Shown here: positions 48,130 to 57,431 of the stretch, piece after piece
Layout: every line of letters begins with the position of its first letter
Position numbering within the stretch: position 1 is the stretch's first letter
DNA from: Thermoplasmata archaeon
GTDB lineage: Archaea; Thermoplasmatota; Thermoplasmata; Lutacidiplasmatales; UBA184
Assembly (NCBI GenBank): GCA_028864975.1
Contig: JAGWLG010000015.1
Coordinates: forward strand, 1 to 64,000
Reading direction: 5' to 3'
DNA: 64,000 nucleotides
Program-made: the position numbers and the translations under genes
The notes under the pieces: model-generated
Database searches by the model: none
What the model was told of the DNA's origin: nothing
Seen by the model: only the letters and a program-made list of their open reading frames with translations

Positions 48130-48934
48130 GGTCCTAGCGTCCCGCCGGGCCGAGAGGACGCCCTCGCTCTTGGTCTACATGATGGCGGGGTCGGTCCCGG
48201 ACGAGCGTTTCCTCGCCACCGTCGACGCGCTCAAGGGCGTCGGGGTCACGGGTCTCGAGCTAGGTTTCCCCTTCAGCGACCCCATGGCCGAAGGTCCGGT
48301 GATCCAGAAGGCGGCCTCCGATGCTCTCGCTCGTGGTTTCCACTGGCCGGACCTGCTCCGTCTGCTTCGTTCCTGCTCGGAGAAGCTCCCGTGTGCGGTC
48401 ATGACCTACACGAACCCTATCGTCCAGCGAGGAGAGCTCTCCGCGCTGCAGGACCTCGCGAGCGCCGGAGGGAGCGCGCTGATCCTTCCGGACCTCCCCG
48501 TCGAGGCGCTGGCTCCCTTCCGAAGGGCCCGCCAGACCACACGCGTGGACACGGTCCTGCTAGCGTCGCCGGCGACTCAGGCAGAAAGATTGCGGACCCT
48601 TGTCGTTCGGACCGAGGGGTTCCTCTACCTGGTCTCCCGCTACGGCACCACGGGCGCAGGGGGAGGGAACACTCCCTCGACCCAGGGTCGGGAGGGGGAG
48701 CTCCGCCCGCTCCTCGATGCGTCCCACGCCCTACGCCCGAAGCTCCCCGTTCTCGTCGGGTTCGGGGTCTCCACTCCCGAAGATGTCCGTCGACACCTCT
48801 CGGCGGGGGCCGACGGCGTTGTCGTGGGAAGCGCGGTCCAGCGGCGTTTGAGCGAAGGAGAGAGCCCGCAGGGCATCGCGGGATATGTGAGAGGCCTCTG
48901 CGATGGGCTCACATCCAAGGGCCCGTCCGCCTGA
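48113..48934 (+). CDS. trpA: Tryptophan synthase alpha chain
   Basis: [50 protein letters not shown]. Confidence 0.96.
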   Translation: MPHLGEVLASRRAERTPSLLVYMMAGSVPDERFLATVDALKGVGVTGLELGFPFSDPMAEGPVIQKAASDALARGFHWPDLLRLLRSCSEKLPCAVMTYTNPIVQRGELSALQDLASAGGSALILPDLPVEALAPFRRARQTTRVDTVLLASPATQAERLRTLVVRTEGFLYLVSRYGTTGAGGGNTPSTQGREGELRPLLDASHALRPKLPVLVGFGVSTPEDVRRHLSAGADGVVVGSAVQRRLSEGESPQGIAGYVRGLCDGLTSKGPSA

Positions 48935-49111
48935 GGGCGGGCAAGTTCGCGCACCAGCGTTGAGGGCTGGACAGTGGCCCAGGGGTTAGCTGCAGGAGAG
49001 GACCCAGGCGCCGAGATCGAAGCAACGAGTGGAATCAAGAGCTCCTGACAGGCATCCGGTGGGGTTGGACCTCGCGACCGGAGTCATGTCGGGAGCTGCT
49101 GCTGAAAATCA

Positions 49112-50236
49112 CTATGGGCGCATCCGCTCGAGATGCAGGTATCGAGGAGCCGAATCTCCCGGCGGGAGCGAGGCCAGGAGGAGCTGCTTGCGCACGCCCT
49201 GGGCGAGACGGATCGCCCTGGCCACCTCGGGCCAGGGGGCGCTCCAGTTCGCGGGCACCACGTGAACGAGGTAGCGAGCGTGGCTGCTCGCCGGATCGTG
49301 CTCGTACGCGCGAAAGTGCGCTCCGTACTTGAACCCCGTCTTCGGCACCAGCCCCTGGGCGCGCAAGTGCTGATAGACCGGGAGGCGGGCGAGAAGGTCA
49401 GGCTCGGTCTGCGAGGCCTTCGACTCGAAATCCTTCGGAAGGAGCATGCCCGTCCCCTTCGAGGACTGGAGGGTCAACCGACCCTCTCGCTCGAGGTAGA
49501 GTGCTTCGAGCAGAGAGAGCTCCAGGCGTTCACCGATCTTGCTCCCGAAATGCTCGCTCTTGTCCAGGGCCTGCGCCTGAGCGGCGTCGAAGATGCTGAC
49601 GCGGTCCCCGAGCAGGACGCCGTCGACCTTGCTCAGGGGGTTTGGGGGTGGGCTCTCCCCATGCGGGAGAACCTCGCGCACGCGGTAGTAGGTGAGGTCG
49701 CTCTCCTCGTCGATGATCCCTACGAGCAGCGTCCGTCGTGCTCCGCGCACCTGCGCGAGATGTTCGGTCAGCTCGGGAAGGCAGAAGGGGACCCGTTCCG
49801 ACCGGGACTCGACCCACCATTTCGAGGGGGTCTTGCTCGGGGTCCCCCCACGCGGGAGGAGCGAGAACTCGAGGGGGGGCGCGCCGCGAAGGACGACATA
49901 TCCTCGTTGCCGGAGGTCGCGGTAGACCAGGTAGCGGATCTCGAACGCACTGTCCCGTACGTGGGCCTGGGCCAGCAGGTCTCGGAATCCCACCGAGACC
50001 CCGTCGGGGCCGTGGACCTTCAGCCGCTCCATCTCGGTGAGGTAGACCGTCTCGAGAGGGTCGAGCTCGAGAGCGCCACCCGGGACCACGTTACCGTAAC
50101 CCCCACGACCATGCAGCGCGGAGCCGGCGGTCGGGTCTTCGATGCGAGAACCGCCGTCAGCACGGAGCGCCGCGGAAGGGACCTGGGCGGCGCCCTCGGG
50201 CCGGGAGGAGGGTTCCATGCGAGCGCCCTGCAACAT
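49112..50236 (-). CDS. endA: tRNA-splicing endonuclease, two-unit (alpha2) euryarchaeal type
   Basis: Two LS/LxxxE..YL repeats; C-terminal KTGFKYGAHFRAY...HARYLV...RK catalytic Tyr/His/Lys; TGATG overlap with pyrE. Confidence 0.93.
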   Translation of the reverse strand: MLQGARMEPSSRPEGAAQVPSAALRADGGSRIEDPTAGSALHGRGGYGNVVPGGALELDPLETVYLTEMERLKVHGPDGVSVGFRDLLAQAHVRDSAFEIRYLVYRDLRQRGYVVLRGAPPLEFSLLPRGGTPSKTPSKWWVESRSERVPFCLPELTEHLAQVRGARRTLLVGIIDEESDLTYYRVREVLPHGESPPPNPLSKVDGVLLGDRVSIFDAAQAQALDKSEHFGSKIGERLELSLLEALYLEREGRLTLQSSKGTGMLLPKDFESKASQTEPDLLARLPVYQHLRAQGLVPKTGFKYGAHFRAYEHDPASSHARYLVHVVPANWSAPWPEVARAIRLAQGVRKQLLLASLPPGDSAPRYLHLERMRP

Positions 50237-50955
50237 CAGGCGCTCCCCACGGCCCCCGCGGCGCTCGTCGGGGGCAGCGAGGCCTTGGGGGGCTCCCGGG
50301 ACTTGCTCTGAAGCTGCTCGACCACGCCCTGCATGCCCTTCTGGACCAGGAGGATCTCGTTCTCGTTCAGCGAACCCATCGTCCGGGCGCGGGCGAGGAG
50401 GTGGGAGAGGTCGGTGAGCGTGAACCAGGAGAGGCCTTCCGCGTTCATCCTCTCCTCCGCTTGCGGCAGTCCGTAGGTGACGATCGCCGTCGCCGCGAGC
50501 ACCTTGGCACCCGTGGCCCTGAGCTGCCTAGCCGCCCCGACCAAGGAACTGGCGGTGGAGATCAGGTCCTCGATCACGACGACCCGGGAGCCGGAGGGGA
50601 GGACCCCCTCGACCGCGCGACCGAGCCCGTGGTCCTTCGCTTCCGACCGGACGTAGACCATGGGGAGGTGGAGCTTCTCGGCCAAGAGCGCCGCATGGGG
50701 GATCCCTGCCGTCGCGACCCCCGCCAGCACCTGGGCGTCCGGGCAGCGGGTCAGGATCAGCTGGGCCCAGGAGGCGATGACCTGCTCTCGCACGTCCGGA
50801 AAGGACAGGACCTTGCGGTTGTCGCAGTAGATCGGGGACCTCACGCCCGAGGCCCAGGTGTAGAGCTCGCGGGGGGAGAGCGTCACCGCCCCGATCTGAA
50901 GGAGGTGGCCGGCCACCTCATCGGCCACCGCCGCCGCGGTCGTCGACCCGGGCAT
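50236..50955 (-). CDS. pyrE: Orotate phosphoribosyltransferase
   Basis: WASG..SPIYCDNR, GVATAGIP, YVRSEAK.HG, VVIEDLISTASS. Confidence 0.95.
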   Translation of the reverse strand: MPGSTTAAAVADEVAGHLLQIGAVTLSPRELYTWASGVRSPIYCDNRKVLSFPDVREQVIASWAQLILTRCPDAQVLAGVATAGIPHAALLAEKLHLPMVYVRSEAKDHGLGRAVEGVLPSGSRVVVIEDLISTASSLVGAARQLRATGAKVLAATAIVTYGLPQAEERMNAEGLSWFTLTDLSHLLARARTMGSLNENEILLVQKGMQGVVEQLQSKSREPPKASLPPTSAAGAVGSA

Positions 50956-50958
50956 GGT

Positions 50959-51546
50959 TCACCAGGGGACCCGCTTCGCGCCGATAAAGTAACCCACCCA
51001 GTTGAAGCTCGTGTGAAGAAAGAGCGTGAGCAGGAGGACCCACGCCACGGTGAGCAGTCCCGGGAGGGTCCCTGGCCAGAAAGCGGCGGAGAAGAGCGAG
51101 GGGGTCAAGAGACCGAGCAGGACCATGGGAACGATCAGGAAGGGGAGCTGGTCCAAGAGCGGGAAGGGCGCACTGCTTTCGCGGGCCATCCTCCGCTTGA
51201 AGAACGACCCGACGGCGTCGCCGGTGAGGGCACCGAACCCTAGCAACAACAGGGGGACGAAGGACCCTCCCCAGGTGCTCGCGAAGGCGGGGACGAGTTG
51301 GAGCGAGGGGGGCGCCATGAGGATCAGCCAAGCCTGAAAGGCCCCTACGGCCACGCCGACCCCGCCTCCGATGAGGAATCCCAGCCAGGTCTTGGACCGA
51401 CCCAGGACCCTGCGGCCGTCGCGCCAGAGAAGGCCACCATCCATTGCGGGGCCCTTGCCTCGAGAGAGCGTCGCCGCCGCGTTGGCGACGTACGCGGGGA
51501 TCAGCACCCAGAGCGAGGAGGCGAAGAGCAGCAGCAGGGGCTCCAC
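50959..51546 (-). CDS. carS: CDP-archaeol synthase
   Basis: PAYVANAAA, MDGG, DGRRVLGRSKTW.G, GDAVGSFFKRR, PLLDQL.F, NWVGY..GAK.VPW; GTG start 25 nt below TATA. Confidence 0.95.
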   Translation of the reverse strand: MEPLLLLFASSLWVLIPAYVANAAATLSRGKGPAMDGGLLWRDGRRVLGRSKTWLGFLIGGGVGVAVGAFQAWLILMAPPSLQLVPAFASTWGGSFVPLLLLGFGALTGDAVGSFFKRRMARESSAPFPLLDQLPFLIVPMVLLGLLTPSLFSAAFWPGTLPGLLTVAWVLLLTLFLHTSFNWVGYFIGAKRVPW

Positions 51547-51570
51547 GGGAACGGGCCGGGACGGAACCGC

Positions 51571-51576
51571 CTATAA
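51571..51576 (-). promoter_or_regulatory. TATA box for probable leaderless carS-pyrE-endA transcript
   Basis: TTATAG (minus) overlapping the STAND2 stop codon, 25 nt upstream of GTG 51546. Confidence 0.55.
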
Positions 51577-54500
51577 TGGCTTGGCCGCAGGTTCGGGGGC
51601 CCCGCCGGTCCCCTTCGAAGAGGTCGTCAGGCGAGCGAGCGTCTCGCGCATCTGGCGCTCTACGACCGGGTTCTTGAAGGAGATCGCGGCTGCCAGGGCC
51701 TTCTCTGCCGCGACACGGCAACGGTCCTCCAGGCCTCTCCTCTCGAAGAACCGAACCATAGAGGGCAACTGGGAGACCGCGGCAGCGCCATGGTCGAAGA
51801 CGCCCTCCCGCGCGAGGGCGTCGTAGGTGGCGAGGGCCTCGTTCAGGTTCCCCGCCTCTCCCTTCATTTCGGCGACGAGGAGCTGACACTCCCAGATGTC
51901 GTCGTTCCGCTGCATCGCCAGCGCCTCCTGGAGCGACCGCTCGGCCCACTGGACCGCGGCGGGGGCGTTCTTCCGTGTCCCTTCGGAGCGTGCGATGAGG
52001 AACGCCCCGCAGCATCGGACACGCGGAACGTCGAACTTCGTCCCAAGGTCCCAGAGGTGACGCCCCACCTGTTCGGCCTCCTCGGCCTTCCCGGCCTCGA
52101 CCAGAGAGATCGCGGCGTTGTACTCGTAGATGGCGGCGTTCGTGAAGCTCCCCGCCCGGCGAGCGTGGTCGGCGGCCTTCTCCGCCATTTCCCGCATGCC
52201 CACCGCATCGCCCCTGGCCTCGGCCATCATGCCCTGGAGGTTGTAGGCCTGCGCCACGGTCGCGTCGTCGTCCTGTGCGGTCTCCAAGACCTCTCCGAGC
52301 CAAGCCTCTGCCCGATCGGGCCGTCCCAGAACGTAGTGACACCAGGCCCCGTGGGTCAACGCTCTCCCCCTCGTCTCAGGGCTGACCTCGGACTTGGGCG
52401 CCTCCACGATGGAGGTCAGCAGGGTCATCGCGCGCTCGTGATCGCCCTGTTGCATCCATAGGTACGCCTGGAAGCTTTCGAGGTCGTGGCGAAGTCGGGC
52501 CGGGACGTCGCTCCCGCGGCGCTGGAACTCCCCCTCCAGCTCGTTGGCGATGCGTCGGGCCTCCTGGGTATCGAAAGGATCGGTGGCGCGAGCGAGGGCC
52601 TCGCGGGCGGCCCATCGAAGGCGGTCCGAGAGGGGCTCGGTCAAGAGCTCGAGCAGGGACCGACGGGCGTGCCGCGGCCCTCCGATACGGGAGAGCCGTC
52701 CTGCCGCTTGGATCTCGGACTCGACCTGGCCCTCTTCGCCGGGATGGGCCGCGGAGCGACGTAGCTCCCGCATCCAGGAAAGATAGGTCGACGCGGACTC
52801 GGGGAGGGAGGCCGCGAGCGAGCGCTCGAGCGCTCTGCGCACCCAGGGCAGCCCTCGGTCGAGGTCTCCCGAAGCATGCCCGAGCCTCGCCAGGGTCTCC
52901 ACCTCCTCGGAACGGTGCTCCTCCCACCAGTCGAGAAGGGCCAGGGCCTCTTCCTTCCGACGGGCGATGGAGAGCTCCCCCATCGTGACCTCCCAGACCA
53001 GGGGGTGGGAGAAGGACCATCGCGAGCCCGGCGATTCGATCGAGGGTTCGAGCAGCCGCCTACGGTGGACCAAGGACTCGACGTTCCGCTGCGCCTCTTG
53101 CAAGCTCGACCTTCTCACCGCGGCGACCGGGGGAAGGTCGAACTCGCTTCCCGCGACCGCGGCGCTGTCAAGGAAGGCCCTTTCCTCCGCCGGAAGTCGG
53201 CCGATCCGTTGCAGGACCATCCTACGCAAGGATGGGGGTACGGTCGCCAGAAGCGCATCGGAACCGTGAGGGGCGCGCGCGAACCGGTATCCGTTGCCAT
53301 CCTCCTCCAGCGTGCCTTCTTCCCGAAGTTGGACAAAGATCTCGCGGAGGAAGTAGGGGTTGCCTTCCGTCCGCCGTAGCAGCTCTCGCACCTCCACCTC
53401 GCCCGAGGTCGGGGAGAGCGAGCCCCCCAGGACCTCCTTCAGGAGGGACCGAGCCTCTTCCTCCCCGAAACCTCGCAGCGCGATCCGTTCAAGCAGCCCC
53501 TCGCGAGAGAGCATCTCCAGTCGCTCCGAGAGCGAACCCCCTTCCTCCTCCGCGTTCGCCGGGATCTCCTCTTCCCGGGCACCCCCCACCAACAACACGG
53601 GGAGGTCACGGAGGTTCCTGGCGAGGAACTGGAACGCGGTCCCGGATTGGGGGTCGGCCCAGTGAAGGTCATCGACGACGACGAGCTGGGGGGCTTCCCG
53701 TGCCGCACTTTCCAGCGCCTGCAGGTACCTCAACAGCGTGGCGGACGGGCTCTCGGCTCCCCCGCCAGCGACCTGGGGGGTCACCCCCTCGGGGCTCGCA
53801 ACGGGCCGGATGACCTCGGCATCCGACTCGAGGAGCGAGACCTCGCGTTTCTCGAAGGCCGAGGGATTGATCGCGACGAGAAGATGTCCGTCGGCCTCTT
53901 GCGCGAGGTCCCGAAGGAACTGGAGCAACCGGAGCACCGCCGCGAAACTGTTCTGGCTCGTCAGGTACTCGATCCCGTCCACCGCCACGACGCCCCCAGG
54001 GTGCTCCTTGAGATGACGCGCGGTACGTTCTCCTAGGGTGTCGAGGTCTCCTGGCGTGACGCGGCCCTCTCCCTCCATCCGGGTGATCCAAAGCGGATGT
54101 GTCCCTGGGGGAAGGGTCTGGCCCCGTTCCTTGAGCGACCCAGGATTCTCTCGTGTCACCAACAGTAGCGCACACTCTCGGGGAAGCGCGGACAGGGTTG
54201 CACGAAAGCGGCGAGGCCGTTCGTCCTCGAAGAGCGTATAGGCGCCGAGCTCCCCGGCCGGGACTGCGCTCGAGGCAGGGCTCCCTGGATCGGTTGCCCC
54301 CCCCTTCGAAGCCCTCCGTCGGAAGACCTGCTCGAAGACGAAGAAAGGGGCCACCGACTCCTGCAGGCCGTTCCCCCAGGAGACCTGGAAACCGCTCGAC
54401 AAGGCCTCCCGTTCGAGCCAGCGGAGCAGCCGCGTCTTGCCCATCCCACCGGGCCCGAGCACCAGACACGAGTTCCCGTGTCCTTGGCGGGCGGCAGCCA

Positions 54501-54591
54501 GACCACGCTGAAGGCGACCCATCTCCGCCCTGCGGCCGATGAGGGAGGAGGGGGAAGCCGTCGCCACTCCTTCCCCGGAGGTCGCGCTCAC
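51571..54591 (-). CDS. Second STAND-DUF835-TPR protein (paralogue of 24263-27412)
   Basis: GPGGMGKT; DGIEYLTSQNSFAAVLRLLQFLRD; VVDDLHWAD; EGNPYFL; FSHPLVWE; TPR-like tail. Confidence 0.87.
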   Translation of the reverse strand: MSATSGEGVATASPSSLIGRRAEMGRLQRGLAAARQGHGNSCLVLGPGGMGKTRLLRWLEREALSSGFQVSWGNGLQESVAPFFVFEQVFRRRASKGGATDPGSPASSAVPAGELGAYTLFEDERPRRFRATLSALPRECALLLVTRENPGSLKERGQTLPPGTHPLWITRMEGEGRVTPGDLDTLGERTARHLKEHPGGVVAVDGIEYLTSQNSFAAVLRLLQFLRDLAQEADGHLLVAINPSAFEKREVSLLESDAEVIRPVASPEGVTPQVAGGGAESPSATLLRYLQALESAAREAPQLVVVDDLHWADPQSGTAFQFLARNLRDLPVLLVGGAREEEIPANAEEEGGSLSERLEMLSREGLLERIALRGFGEEEARSLLKEVLGGSLSPTSGEVEVRELLRRTEGNPYFLREIFVQLREEGTLEEDGNGYRFARAPHGSDALLATVPPSLRRMVLQRIGRLPAEERAFLDSAAVAGSEFDLPPVAAVRRSSLQEAQRNVESLVHRRRLLEPSIESPGSRWSFSHPLVWEVTMGELSIARRKEEALALLDWWEEHRSEEVETLARLGHASGDLDRGLPWVRRALERSLAASLPESASTYLSWMRELRRSAAHPGEEGQVESEIQAAGRLSRIGGPRHARRSLLELLTEPLSDRLRWAAREALARATDPFDTQEARRIANELEGEFQRRGSDVPARLRHDLESFQAYLWMQQGDHERAMTLLTSIVEAPKSEVSPETRGRALTHGAWCHYVLGRPDRAEAWLGEVLETAQDDDATVAQAYNLQGMMAEARGDAVGMREMAEKAADHARRAGSFTNAAIYEYNAAISLVEAGKAEEAEQVGRHLWDLGTKFDVPRVRCCGAFLIARSEGTRKNAPAAVQWAERSLQEALAMQRNDDIWECQLLVAEMKGEAGNLNEALATYDALAREGVFDHGAAAVSQLPSMVRFFERRGLEDRCRVAAEKALAAAISFKNPVVERQMRETLARLTTSSKGTGGAPEPAAKPL

Positions 54592-54731
54592 GGGCGGGGC
54601 GGAACCCTCCGGAGGACTTAGTCATCACGGGGTCGACCTGTGCATGGTTTCGCGACCTCTTCCCGTACCTCCAAAGGGGATGGGTTCCCCTTTCGCAGTC
54701 CGAAGGGGCCAACATGCCCGCAAGTCACCGT

Positions 54732-55117
54732 ATGGACCGAGCCGCGCCAGCGCCTCGCCCCTGGATAAGGAGCACCGCGGTGGTCGTCTCTAGCAGGAAG
54801 CGCGCTCTCGACGGCTATGTTCACGAGCTCGGTCTGGTACCAGTCCACCAGGGGGGCCACTGGGTGACCGTGGGACGCAGGGGACGCGGAGGAGCGCTCC
54901 ACCTATGCCAACTTTCCGAGCTCGACTCGACCGCACCCCTTGAGCCCGGGAACCCGGGTGTTCTTCTCTTCCTGCGCGGGGACTTCCAACGAGCTGTCGG
55001 AAACTTCGCGACCGCGGGGTGCCATTCGAGGAAGGGCCCACCCTGTAGCCATGGGGGTGGGATGCCACCATCCGAGACCCGGACGGCAACGAGCTCCTGC
55101 TCATGCCGGCTCCTTGA
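54732..55117 (+). pseudogene. VOC/glyoxalase-family pseudogene
   Basis: IRSTAVVVS...WVTV...LHL in one frame; frameshift near 54990-54992 to SCRKLRDRGVPFEEGPTL*PWGWDATIRDPDGNELLL with in-frame TAG at 55046-48. Confidence 0.8.
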
Positions 55118-55196
55118 GGGGCCGACCAGGGTTCGACCTCGGCCCGCGACCCTTTGCGCAACGGTTTATCAGCTGAAGAGCTCCCAATTCCCGGAC

Positions 55197-55877
55197 GTGG
55201 CAGCGACCCGGACCCCCTCCACCGGCCGAGAGTCTGGGGAGGAGCTCCTCATCGTCTTTGGCCACGTGCCGAGCCTGGGCGTGGGACTCAAGGAGATCAC
55301 GCGCGCCCACGGTCCCCAGGCCGCTTACAGTCTGCAACGCCACCTTCTGGACACGTGCTTGCAACATGCGAGCGAGGTCGCCGTGCGCAAGTGGTTCCGC
55401 TACCCTGTGGGAACGCCCGCTCCCCCCTTGGCGAACGACTGGTCCTCCCGCCCCCACGAACCGGGTCCCATTGGAGAGCTGATCACCGTTGCGATGGCCG
55501 AGGGCTTTGAACGGGGCTTCCAGCGGATCGTCCTGTTCTACGCCGACTGCCCCTCGCTCGTCCCAGAGTTCTTGGAGAGCGCTTTCGAGGCGCTGGAGAA
55601 CGGGGATGACCTGGTCCTGGGCCCGACCCGTCGCGGTGGCCTCTACCTCGTTGGCGCTGACCGAAAGGTCGGGGACCTCTTCGGCAGCCTTCCCTGGGGT
55701 ACCCATCAGGTCTTTGCGGTCGCCCAACGCCACGCCCAAGAAGGGCATCTCAGGGTGTTCGTTCTGCCCCCGAAGGTCGCCGTGGAATACCTCGAGGACT
55801 GGCGCGAGGCGGCCTCCGAGGGGTGGATCCCGCCCCCACCGGTGGTTTCCGGAGGATCTGGGCGACCGGAAGGATGA
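55197..55877 (+). CDS. DUF2064 / TIGR04282-like glycosyltransferase-fold protein
   Basis: ADCP.L, AF.AL, LVLGP...GG.YLVG, F..LPWGT..V; GTG 55197 ~27 nt after TTTATC. Confidence 0.75.
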   Translation: MAATRTPSTGRESGEELLIVFGHVPSLGVGLKEITRAHGPQAAYSLQRHLLDTCLQHASEVAVRKWFRYPVGTPAPPLANDWSSRPHEPGPIGELITVAMAEGFERGFQRIVLFYADCPSLVPEFLESAFEALENGDDLVLGPTRRGGLYLVGADRKVGDLFGSLPWGTHQVFAVAQRHAQEGHLRVFVLPPKVAVEYLEDWREAASEGWIPPPPVVSGGSGRPEG

Positions 55878-56076
55878 GGCTCGTCGAGCCGTCATTCGGC
55901 GAGCCGCGATCTCCATCCGCCCTCCTTCTGACGGCGAAGGCGATCGCCTAGGTGCCCCATGGCCTCGAAGGAAGTTCCGCGGCTTCAGTTGCGGCCGCGT
56001 CAGCTTCATTAGGGGGGCTAGGCGATAGGCCGCGCGCGGGCCCCTTGGGCCTTCCCATCGACCAAGGTCCACATCC

Positions 56077-56799
56077 ATGTCCGGAGCGGTGAACCCGTCA
56101 TCCGCGGCCTCCCGGGTCTCCAGTTTCGCCTTTGTACAGCTTCCGGAGCTCGAACCTCGACGCTACCAGGTCCTGGTGGTCGACGATGACGAGTCTGCGC
56201 TCCAGCTCATCGAGCACTGCCTGAAGAGCGCGACGGACTTCGAGTGCGAAGCCTCGCTCGCCAAGGACGCCGCGGAGGCGAAGAGCAAGCTCTCCTCAGA
56301 CCGCTTCGATGCGGTGCTCGCCGACCAGATGATGCCGGGGGAGAACGGCATCGAGCTCCTGATGCACGTGAAGGAGGAGTATCCCCAGACCCTTCGTATC
56401 CTGATCACGGCCTACTCGAGCCTGGGCGCGGTCCTGCGCGCCGTGAACCTTGCCCAGGTCCACAGCTACATCGAGAAGCCCTTCGACCCTCGCCACCTCA
56501 ATCGCGCGGTCTACGAGGCTCTGTTACGGCGCCAAGAGCGGCAGAAGACGCAGGTGATGAACGCGAGATCGGTGGAGGACGCGCTCCAGATGCTCCAAGG
56601 CCTCGAGCGTGCACTGGGAGGGGCCCCGACGCGCCCGGACGGGGCGGGAGTGACCTTCACGTTTGACTCCCCCGTCGACTTTAACCAGTTCATCTTCGAG
56701 ATCCTTCAAGCGAAGGCTTCGGTGATCAAGGACGTTCACGTCTTCGAAGGACGATTCCACGTGATGGTCTCCATCCAGTCCACCTCGGGTAAGGCGTGA
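56077..56799 (+). CDS. Response regulator receiver with short C-terminal extension
   Basis: VLVVDDD, VLADQMMPG.NG, ILITAY, YIEKPF. Confidence 0.88.
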   Translation: MSGAVNPSSAASRVSSFAFVQLPELEPRRYQVLVVDDDESALQLIEHCLKSATDFECEASLAKDAAEAKSKLSSDRFDAVLADQMMPGENGIELLMHVKEEYPQTLRILITAYSSLGAVLRAVNLAQVHSYIEKPFDPRHLNRAVYEALLRRQERQKTQVMNARSVEDALQMLQGLERALGGAPTRPDGAGVTFTFDSPVDFNQFIFEILQAKASVIKDVHVFEGRFHVMVSIQSTSGKA

Positions 56800-56835
56800 C
56801 CGGGCGCCCTGCGCCCGGGCCGACGCGAACGGGGC

Positions 56836-57213
56836 CTACCTTGGAACGAAGAGCAGGGAGATCGAGTTCACGCAGTGGCGCGTGTTCCGTGGCGTGAACC
56901 CCTCCCCTTCGAAGACGTGGCCCAGGTGGCCGCCGCAGCGAGCGCAGGTGATCTCGACCCGCTGCCCGTCCGCGTCCGTCTCGCGGTGGACGGCTCCGGG
57001 GACCTCCTGGTCGAAGGAGGGCCACCCGCAGCCCGCATCGAACTTGTCGTCGGAGCGGTAGAGTGGGGTCCCACACCGCTTGCACACGTAGGTCCCCGAC
57101 TTCCATTGCTTCTCGTACTCCCCCGAGAAGGGCGCCTCGGTCCCCTTGTGGAGGATGACCCTCTCTTCTTCACGTGTGAGTTTTCGGAGACCGGGGGCGG
57201 CGGCGCCCGACAT
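56836..57213 (-). CDS. msrB: Methionine-R-sulfoxide reductase
   Basis: [41 protein letters not shown]. Confidence 0.97.
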   Translation of the reverse strand: MSGAAAPGLRKLTREEERVILHKGTEAPFSGEYEKQWKSGTYVCKRCGTPLYRSDDKFDAGCGWPSFDQEVPGAVHRETDADGQRVEITCARCGGHLGHVFEGEGFTPRNTRHCVNSISLLFVPR

Positions 57214-57275
57214 GGAACGAGGAGCCCCCCGGCCCTCTTCAAGCTAGGGGAGGACGCAGCCTCTACCCGAACCGG

Positions 57276-57431
57276 TCAGGGGGTCGGGACAGGGCAGGAG
57301 GGGCAGCAAGCTGTAGCCGTGGAGCAGCAAGCGCAGCAACGGCAGCAACCCCCCTCGCACTGACAACAGCTGCAAGAGGGTCGGAAGGGTGGTGCTGCGC
57401 GTGCGCCGGCAAGTGTCTGAGCCGCGTTCAT
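57276..57431 (-). CDS. Cys-rich metallothionein-like peptide (51 aa, 13 Cys; below ORF-track cutoff)
   Basis: MNAAQTLAGARAAPPFRPSCSCCQCEGGCCRCCACCSTATACCPSCPVPTP; CTTAAG at 57461-66, ~30 nt upstream of ATG. Confidence 0.7.
   Translation of the reverse strand: MNAAQTLAGARAAPPFRPSCSCCQCEGGCCRCCACCSTATACCPSCPVPTP

Noticed and set aside
48935-49111. Intergenic gap between trpA and endA as possible ncRNA (tRNA, SRP, RNase P, C/D box)
   Set aside because: No cloverleaf, SRP or box C/D motifs recognisable by eye; an Rfam scan would settle it.
54673-54708. Two overlapping hairpins sharing CCCCTTT upstream of the VOC pseudogene
   Set aside because: Short stems, no uORF or recognisable riboswitch context; plausible by chance.
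17128-54714. Over-extended N-termini in the ORF track (17128, 29110, 29773, 33555, 38703, 39902, 43683, 45271, 54714)
   Set aside because: True starts are set by NTGA overlaps, SDs or TATA spacing; the extensions overlap neighbouring genes.
55046-55048. In-frame TAG as possible pyrrolysine codon
   Set aside because: The same gene also has a frameshift and no pyl genes are visible; pseudogenisation is simpler.
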